This document shows positions 57,629-64,000 of a stretch of 64,000 bases of DNA, piece after piece. Below the pieces are notes generated by a model, which searched no databases, was not told the DNA's origin, and was given only the letters and a program-made list of their open reading frames with translations. The stretch comes from Chlorobiota bacterium. Lineage in GTDB: Bacteria; Bacteroidota; Bacteroidia; Bacteroidales; VadinHA17. The stretch is from the NCBI GenBank assembly GCA_013152085.1, contig JAADHC010000006.1, positions 2,372 to 66,371 of the forward strand, written 5' to 3'. The translations under genes and the position numbers were made by a program. Positions within the stretch are counted from its first letter, which is position 1; each line of letters opens with the position of its first letter.

Positions 57629-58400
57629 GAATAAGAAATTGCTGGTTACCGGTGGCAGTGCGGGCATTGGTTTTGCCTGTGCAGAAGCATTGGCAGCCGA
57701 GGGTGCTGAAGTGCTGATCAGCAGCCGTTCTGCGGAAAAGCTGAAAAGGGCTGCGCGTCGGTTGTCCGGGATGAAAGGGAAGGTTCGTACTCATGTTATG
57801 GATTCGGCCAAAGAGACAGATATTCTTGCTGTAGCAGAATGGATTGAGGAGAACTGGGGTGCCCCGGATGGTGTTATCCTGAATACGGGCGGGCCGCCGG
57901 TTACAGGAGTACTCGATCCGGATGACAAGTTATGGCAGGAAGCTTTTGAGAATCATTTTCTTTTTCCGGTACGGTTGCTACGTCGCATGGTCCCGCTTAT
58001 GAAAGCACGGGCATACGGACGGATTCTCGCTATTGCCTCTTCGGGGGTAAAACAACCGATTCCGCATCTGGTTTTATCCAATACGATGCGGTCGGCGCTG
58101 ATTGCTTTTCTGAAAACACTTTCCCTGGATATTGCCTGTATCAACATCATGATCAATGCCATCCTGCCCGGCGCTATTGAAACGGACCGTCTCCTTGACA
58201 ATATCGGGAAAACGGCGACCCGCCAGGGGAAATCGGTTGAAGAGATTAAATCTTTGCATGAATCCGGCATCCCTGCGGGGAGGTTTGGTACACCGGATGA
58301 AATCGCCGGGCTCGCGGCTTTTCTGTTATCACCTGAAAACCGTTATATAACCGGGCAGTGGATAGCCGTAGACGGCGGAGCCATGAAATCAACCTATTAA
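57612..58400 (+). CDS. SDR family oxidoreductase
   Basis: 262 aa. TGGSAGIG cofactor loop and NAILPG. 17-nt overlap with the FAH gene. Confidence 0.85.
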   Translation: MDLKLKNKKLLVTGGSAGIGFACAEALAAEGAEVLISSRSAEKLKRAARRLSGMKGKVRTHVMDSAKETDILAVAEWIEENWGAPDGVILNTGGPPVTGVLDPDDKLWQEAFENHFLFPVRLLRRMVPLMKARAYGRILAIASSGVKQPIPHLVLSNTMRSALIAFLKTLSLDIACINIMINAILPGAIETDRLLDNIGKTATRQGKSVEEIKSLHESGIPAGRFGTPDEIAGLAAFLLSPENRYITGQWIAVDGGAMKSTY

Positions 58401-58438
58401 TCTGTTATCTCTGGAAGTACTTTTCAAAATAAATCAAA

Positions 58439-59566
58439 ATGAGTAAAAAGAAAATTGTTGTTTTGGGAACCGGGATGGTTGGAAGTGCCATTGCTATTGA
58501 TCTGAACCTTGATTTTGACGTTACGGCAGTGGATATAAATAAAAATGCGCTGGAAGCACTACAGCAAAAGCACGGAATTAAAACCGTTCAGACAGATCTG
58601 TCGGTTTCCCGGAATGTAGTGGCCGTGATCCGGGACCAGGATCTTGTCATTGGTGCCGTTCCCGGGTTTATGGGGTATCAAACGGTCAGAAATGTGATCC
58701 GTACGGGGAAAAATATGGTTGATATTTCTTTTTTCCCGCAGGATCCGTTCCGGTTGCATGACGAAGCTCTTTCACAGGATGTCACGGTGGTGGTGGATTG
58801 TGGCGTTGCCCCGGGAATGAGTAATATCTTTCTTGGCTATTATGACGGGGTGATGGAAGTGAAAAGTTACCGCTGTTTGGTGGGGGGCCTTCCAAAGGTC
58901 AGGGAGTGGCCCTTTGAATATAAAGCTGTTTTTTCACCTATGGATGTTATCGAAGAATATGTCCGGCCGGCAAGATTTATCGAACATTCCGGTGAAGTGG
59001 TCCGGCCTGCCCTTTCGGATGCCGAGCTGGTGAATTTCCCCGGTATCGGAACACTCGAAGCCTGGAATTCGGATGGATTGCGGACTTTACTTAAAACCAT
59101 CAAAATTCCAAACATGATCGAGAAAACCCTGCGTTATCCCGGAACCATTGATTATCTGAAAATGCTGCGGGAAAGCGGGTTCTTCTCTTATGATGAAATA
59201 GATGTGAATGGGAAAAAAATACGGCCGATTGATTTAACAGCCCGCCTGCTCTTCGATCAGTGGAAACTGAATCCCGGAGAAGAGGATTTTACCGTTATGC
59301 GTGTGGAAATTGCCGGGAATAATAAAAGAGGTGAAGCGAAGTTGCTCATCTATGACATGTTTGATCAGTATGACCGGAAATCGGAAACTACTTCGATGGC
59401 CCGTACTACAGGATATACCTGTACGGCCATAGCCAGACTGATGCTTGACGGAAAAATTGAAGAAAGAGGCATTGTTCCGCCTGAATATGCCGGAAGGAAC
59501 GAAGAAAATTTTAACTTTATCCTTTCCGGTCTTGCAGAACGTGGTATTGAATACAAACTGAGATGA
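58439..59566 (+). CDS. Saccharopine dehydrogenase-like NAD(P)-binding protein
   Basis: 375 aa. KIVVLGTGMVGSAIA Rossmann start and a Sacchrp_dh C-domain-like remainder. Confidence 0.75.
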   Translation: MSKKKIVVLGTGMVGSAIAIDLNLDFDVTAVDINKNALEALQQKHGIKTVQTDLSVSRNVVAVIRDQDLVIGAVPGFMGYQTVRNVIRTGKNMVDISFFPQDPFRLHDEALSQDVTVVVDCGVAPGMSNIFLGYYDGVMEVKSYRCLVGGLPKVREWPFEYKAVFSPMDVIEEYVRPARFIEHSGEVVRPALSDAELVNFPGIGTLEAWNSDGLRTLLKTIKIPNMIEKTLRYPGTIDYLKMLRESGFFSYDEIDVNGKKIRPIDLTARLLFDQWKLNPGEEDFTVMRVEIAGNNKRGEAKLLIYDMFDQYDRKSETTSMARTTGYTCTAIARLMLDGKIEERGIVPPEYAGRNEENFNFILSGLAERGIEYKLR

Positions 59567-59594
59567 TCATTAAACCATAATATAACGTTTAACC

Positions 59595-61544
59595 ATGAAA
59601 AAGTTTTTCATCCTCCTTTCTTCACTGTTGATACTTACTCCTGCAGGTTTTGCAAAAGATTATCGCATCCTGTCACCGGATAATCAGCTAAAACTTATAA
59701 TCTATACCGGAAATAATATTCATTTTGAAGTTTACCGGGCAGGACAGTATGTTGCCGGCGCCGGGAATATTTTTTTAAAAATTAAGAATAAAAACATTAT
59801 CGGAGAACATGTGGTCGTGGAAAAAACCGTGAAGGCTGAACAGCAGGAAGTGCTTCATCCGGTTGTCCCGGTAAAAAGCAGCAGGATTGAAAACCATTAC
59901 CGTGAACTGACCCTGGTTTGCAAAGGCAATTACAAACTTGTGTTCCGTATTTATAATGATGGTGTTGCCTACCGGTTTCAGACTTCTTTTCCCGATTCTG
60001 TTATTGTTGAGGAGGAAGGGATCCATTATCTGTTTCCCGGGCATACAAAATCATTTTATCCCAGGGAAGAAAGTTTCTTCTCGCATAATGAGCGGGAATA
60101 TATCCACCTGGATGTAACCGATATTCAACCGGGGGATATTGCCAGCCTTCCGGCATTGTTTGTTTCTGAAAACGGACCGCGTATCCTGCTTACGGAGTCT
60201 GATCTGGATGATTATCCGGGAATGTGGCTTGACGGTACCGGTACCCGTGGGATTAAAGGTGTTTTCCCGCACTATCCGCTAAAAGTCAGGCAAACCGGTG
60301 ACCGGAATGTCGAACCGGTTGAACGGGCAGCGTATCTTGCAAAGACAAATGGTACAAGAAAGTATCCCTGGCGTGTGATGATCATCGTCCCTGAGGATAA
60401 AGACCTGCTGGCCAGCCAGATGGTTTATAAGCTGGCTGCTCCGCTGAAACTGAAAAATACGGATTGGATCAAACCGGGGAAAGTGGCCTGGGACTGGTGG
60501 AACGCATTGAATGTTTACAAGGTGAATTTCACTTCGGGGGTAAATACGAAAACCTATAAATATTTCATTGATTTTGCTTCGAGCCAGGGCATTGAATATA
60601 TCATTCTGGATGAAGGATGGTACAAGCTTGGAAACCTGATGGATATCAATCCCGATGTGGATTTGGAGGAAATTGTACGATACGGTAAGGAGAAAAATGT
60701 TGGTATCATATTATGGGTTGTCTGGAAAACGCTTTACGACCAGATGGAGGAGGCCCTGAACCGGTTTGAAGCGTTGGGGATCAAGGGGATCAAGGTAGAT
60801 TTTATGCAGCGGGATGACCAATGGATGGTCAACTATTACCGGAAAGTGGCAAAGGAAGCTGCCCGGCGGCATTTATTGGTTGATTTTCACGGGGCATATA
60901 AACCTTCCGGTCTCCGGCGTGAATATCCCAATGTAATCACACGCGAAGGGGTTCGTGGTTTGGAATGGAACAAATGGTCGGATGTGATCACACCCGCACA
61001 TAACGTGACACTCCCTTTTACACGGATGGTTGCCGGCCCGATGGATTATACACCGGGAGCCATGCGGAATGCACAGAAAGTAAACTTCCATGCTTCTTTC
61101 AGCCGTCCGATGAGCCAGGGTACCCGTGTACACCAGCTGGCGATGTATGTTGTTTTTGAAAGTCCTTTGCAAATGCTCGCCGATAATCCGTCCAATTATC
61201 TGAGAGAACCGGAATGCCTTTCGTTTCTGGCCGAGGTTCCTGTAACATGGGATGAGACAATACCTCTGGCGGGAAAAGTGGGCGAGTATGTAGTTACGGC
61301 CCGTCGTAAGGAAAATACCTGGTATATCGGCGGGATGAGCAATGAACAACCCAGGCAGGTAAAAATTGATCTGGGTTTCCTTCCGCCGGGGCGTTATGAC
61401 CTGAGGTTTTATAAAGACGGTGTGAATGCCGGCCGTTTTGCCGAAGATTTTGCTACCGGCGGTACCACTGTCCGCTCCGGGGACCAGATAACCCTGAAGA
61501 TGGCTCCCGGCGGCGGTTGGGTTGGCATACTTCTCAAACAGTAA
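59595..61544 (+). CDS. GH97 family glycoside hydrolase (alpha-glucosidase/alpha-galactosidase-like)
   Basis: 649 aa with a signal peptide. The layout is typical of GH97: N-terminal beta-sandwich, (beta/alpha)8 core (ILDEGW, GIKVDFM, TREGVRG) and a C-terminal beta domain. Confidence 0.85.
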   Translation: MKKFFILLSSLLILTPAGFAKDYRILSPDNQLKLIIYTGNNIHFEVYRAGQYVAGAGNIFLKIKNKNIIGEHVVVEKTVKAEQQEVLHPVVPVKSSRIENHYRELTLVCKGNYKLVFRIYNDGVAYRFQTSFPDSVIVEEEGIHYLFPGHTKSFYPREESFFSHNEREYIHLDVTDIQPGDIASLPALFVSENGPRILLTESDLDDYPGMWLDGTGTRGIKGVFPHYPLKVRQTGDRNVEPVERAAYLAKTNGTRKYPWRVMIIVPEDKDLLASQMVYKLAAPLKLKNTDWIKPGKVAWDWWNALNVYKVNFTSGVNTKTYKYFIDFASSQGIEYIILDEGWYKLGNLMDINPDVDLEEIVRYGKEKNVGIILWVVWKTLYDQMEEALNRFEALGIKGIKVDFMQRDDQWMVNYYRKVAKEAARRHLLVDFHGAYKPSGLRREYPNVITREGVRGLEWNKWSDVITPAHNVTLPFTRMVAGPMDYTPGAMRNAQKVNFHASFSRPMSQGTRVHQLAMYVVFESPLQMLADNPSNYLREPECLSFLAEVPVTWDETIPLAGKVGEYVVTARRKENTWYIGGMSNEQPRQVKIDLGFLPPGRYDLRFYKDGVNAGRFAEDFATGGTTVRSGDQITLKMAPGGGWVGILLKQ

Positions 61545-61550
61545 TAAGAA

Positions 61551-62873
61551 ATGTCCAGGATTATTATTTTCATAGGAATTACCGTAATCTGTATCAATGC
61601 CGGTCTTGATTCGTTCGCCCAGGGTTTTGATCCGAGAGTTACGGAAGCACAGCGGTTTTTAGATAATCTTGTCAAAGAAGATTACCCTCTTGCCGTACAA
61701 CCTTTTGATTCTGTCCTTACTGCACGGATGCCTGCGGAAACCTTACGGCAGGTTTGGGAAGCATTGCAAAAGCAGGTGGGCAGGTATATCGGAAACGGAA
61801 AATACCGTACAGAATCCAGGCCTCCCTATTTCGCCGTTTACCTGACCTGCAGGTTTGAGCGTACGACCCTGGATATGAAGGTGGTGTTTAATCCGGAAGA
61901 TGAAATTGCCGGATTGTTTTTTATGCCGGCCAAAGAACAAAACTGGAAAATGCCTTCTTATGCCGACACATCCCGGTTTACAGAACAACCCGTTGAAATT
62001 GTAACCGATACTTTCCGTCTGAAGGGCATATTAACCCTTCCTGTTGGTAAGTCGTCGTTTCCGGTGGTTGTCCTGGTTCACGGTTCCGGTCCCGAAGATA
62101 TGGATGAAACCGTCTTGTCAAACAAAGTATTCAAGGATATTGCCTGGGGTTTGTCTTCAAGGGGTATCGGCGTACTAAGGTATAATAAACGTACGTTTAC
62201 CTATGGTTCGCTCATGGATCCTGAAAAAGTAACGGTTGAAGATGTGGTAATCGAAGATGCTGTTTCAGCGATAAGGGCAGCCGTGAAAAGAAAAGATGCC
62301 GGTGGCGTATATCTGCTGGGTCATTCTTTGGGAGGATATCTTGCCCCGCAGATTGCGAAACAGGCGGATGGTCTGAAAGGCGTTATTCTTTTAGCTGCCA
62401 ACGCCAGGCCTCTCGAAGAGCTTATCATGGAACAGGTCAGGTACCTTCTTGGCCTGGACGGTTACTCTTCACAGGATAGTGCGGAAATTGCGGTACTGGC
62501 AAAGCAGGTGAGCCTCGTTAAAAGCAGGGCATTGTCAGATACGGCATCTCCATCTTCCCTGCCACTGGGTATTCCGGCATCCTATTGGCTATCCTTACGG
62601 TATTATGATCCTGTACAGACCGCGGTTCAGCTTCAGATACCCATACTTGTTTTGCAGGGAGAGCGGGATTACCAGGTGACCATGACCGATTTTTCTCTTT
62701 GGAAAAAAGGATTGACAGGAATAGATAATGCCCGGTTTACTTCTTTTCCGCAGTTAAACCATTTGTTTATGAAGGGACAGGGGAAAAGTATCCCGGATGA
62801 TTATTATAAGCGGGGACATGTCTCTGCGGATGTAATTAACCGGATTGCGGAATGGATCATGACCGGGCAATGA
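61551..62873 (+). CDS. Secreted alpha/beta hydrolase with N-terminal DUF3887-like domain
   Basis: 440 aa. HGSGP oxyanion region and nucleophile elbow GHSLGG. Confidence 0.8.
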   Translation: MSRIIIFIGITVICINAGLDSFAQGFDPRVTEAQRFLDNLVKEDYPLAVQPFDSVLTARMPAETLRQVWEALQKQVGRYIGNGKYRTESRPPYFAVYLTCRFERTTLDMKVVFNPEDEIAGLFFMPAKEQNWKMPSYADTSRFTEQPVEIVTDTFRLKGILTLPVGKSSFPVVVLVHGSGPEDMDETVLSNKVFKDIAWGLSSRGIGVLRYNKRTFTYGSLMDPEKVTVEDVVIEDAVSAIRAAVKRKDAGGVYLLGHSLGGYLAPQIAKQADGLKGVILLAANARPLEELIMEQVRYLLGLDGYSSQDSAEIAVLAKQVSLVKSRALSDTASPSSLPLGIPASYWLSLRYYDPVQTAVQLQIPILVLQGERDYQVTMTDFSLWKKGLTGIDNARFTSFPQLNHLFMKGQGKSIPDDYYKRGHVSADVINRIAEWIMTGQ

Positions 62874-63021
62874 GTTCTCTTTTCACCTGTTTCATACCGG
62901 AATTATAAGTTAATGTGAATTACATATCCGGAGTTAATATTCTGAAACGAACATGAAATTTAATTTCGCAAGAAATAAATAATTGTTTATCAGGAGATTG
63001 TCTTTTTGGATTCATCTTGTT

Positions 63022-63918
63022 TCAGATCAGGATATTTTCTTTCCAGCCCAGTTTTACCAGGTCAATTCTTCCCAAATCGGCAGTCCCCAGGTGATATCGC
63101 TGGTCAGCTAACAGTATGTGTTTCGGCGGAGGATTGATCGGGATATCTTCTTTGAAAAATTCCCTTCTTTTTGTACGGATCAGCTCTGCTCCGACAGCAT
63201 CAACGGCTACCGGGTCAAATCCCACAAGCAGTCCGTTATAATTCCAGACATATTTCCGGTTAAAATGGTGCGGGCCGACACCATAGAAAAGCGGTGTCAG
63301 TACTACCAGGATATTCAGCCTGGTTTTTCCTTTTACCTGCGGAAATTCCCATAATGTGGCCAGGTCGGCGCAGGAATCGGGATGAAAAGAGGGTTTGTTG
63401 TCCGAGAAGGTAATATAATTCTTTATGAGTGTTCCCAATCCTGCCCAGGCATGTGTCCTCAGCGGACATGTATTGATCAAAGCAGTGGCTTTTTGAAAAA
63501 CCGGGTCGGTAAGAACCCCCCTGTCATTGATGCTTATATTTCCGTTTTTCACTCCTGTTTCCTGTACGCGGCGCTTAATGGCCGACTCAAGTCCGGGAGG
63601 TGTGGAAAGCCGGTTCCATACATTGGATTTTATCCCTACGATATCCCCGGGTTGAATGATCCGGGACCAGGCTTTCCCGGTGGTTGATTCACCGGTAAGA
63701 GACGCTACGGCCCGGTCAAGCATATCCTGCAGAATGTCTGCATTTATTTTTCCTTTGTTACCGACAACATCTTTATGGCGGATCAGGACAACCTTTGTAC
63801 TTTTGTTTTCCGTGCCAAATGCATGTACCGGCAAGTTCATAAGCAATGTTCCCCCGGCGGCGGCAATGGCTGATTTCTTGATCAGGGAACGACGCGTAAT
63901 GGTTTCTTGTTTTTTCAT
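63022..63918 (-). CDS. DUF362 domain protein with twin-arginine (Tat) signal
   Basis: 298 aa. TRRSLIKKSAIAAAGG Tat-like N-terminus and a DUF362-like body. Confidence 0.7.
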   Translation of the reverse strand: MKKQETITRRSLIKKSAIAAAGGTLLMNLPVHAFGTENKSTKVVLIRHKDVVGNKGKINADILQDMLDRAVASLTGESTTGKAWSRIIQPGDIVGIKSNVWNRLSTPPGLESAIKRRVQETGVKNGNISINDRGVLTDPVFQKATALINTCPLRTHAWAGLGTLIKNYITFSDNKPSFHPDSCADLATLWEFPQVKGKTRLNILVVLTPLFYGVGPHHFNRKYVWNYNGLLVGFDPVAVDAVGAELIRTKRREFFKEDIPINPPPKHILLADQRYHLGTADLGRIDLVKLGWKENILI

Positions 63919-63979
63919 ATGCTTAAAATATTATTCATTTTATTCATAAGACCGCTTCGCTCGGTTCGTGTTCGTTTCA
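63919..63979 (-). promoter_or_regulatory. Conserved leader element, copy B (immediately upstream of the DUF362 gene)
   Basis: Its reverse complement aligns base-for-base with 17421..17481, with identical spacing to the ATG. Confidence 0.7.
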
Positions 63980-64000
63980 TGGTTGTTGTTGAAAATTACG

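Noticed and set aside
1-64000. CRISPR arrays, rRNA genes, transposases, integrases, prophage or known defence-system genes.
   Set aside because: I found no regularly spaced repeats and no ORF with recognisable Cas, transposase, recombinase, restriction-modification or phage structural motifs. Apart from the tRNA-Ala/GIY-YIG locus, the window looks like conserved core genome.

Overview
This 64-kb window looks like a core chromosomal segment of a Bacteroidota-type genome. Supporting signs are a T9SS PorP/SprF protein, a TonB protein, an S46 dipeptidyl-peptidase, GH97, many lipobox proteins and TAnnTTTG-like -7 boxes. It is densely coded, with about 55 genes, mostly housekeeping: purD, purQ, hflX, asd, rnhA, rnhB, ribF, ahcY, greA, ruvC, serS and rpmA-rplU. 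It also holds a eukaryote-like glycogen cluster: a GH133 debrancher, a GT4, a GH57, a 1407-aa GT3 synthase / GT35 phosphorylase fusion, and a GH13 branching enzyme. The remaining genes are a glycosyltransferase and flippase pair, several peptidases (M1, S46, S41), transporters, and secreted or lipoproteins of unknown function. I found no CRISPR array, rRNA, transposase, integrase or recognisable multi-gene defence system.

The most unusual locus is 15.75-16.43 kb on the minus strand. It contains one tRNA-Ala(GGC) gene with an aberrant 9-nt T-loop. Next to it are a 5' tRNA-Ala fragment split by an 88-nt double-hairpin insertion in the D-loop and a 3' tRNA-Ala fragment split by a 55-nt hairpin insertion in the T-loop. 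The locus also has a small GIY-YIG nuclease gene and a 95-nt direct repeat (94/95 identical) covering the tRNA 3' end plus the GIY-YIG 5' end.

Other points worth a second look:
- A ~61-nt leader with an overlapping uORF, conserved in front of two unlinked secreted-protein genes.
- A perfect 34-bp palindrome in a 394-nt gene-free gap.
- The synthase-phosphorylase fusion.
- A ~100-aa Lys/Thr/Ala-rich tail on ribosomal protein L21.

All functional calls come from motifs I recognised in the supplied translations. No database search was run.
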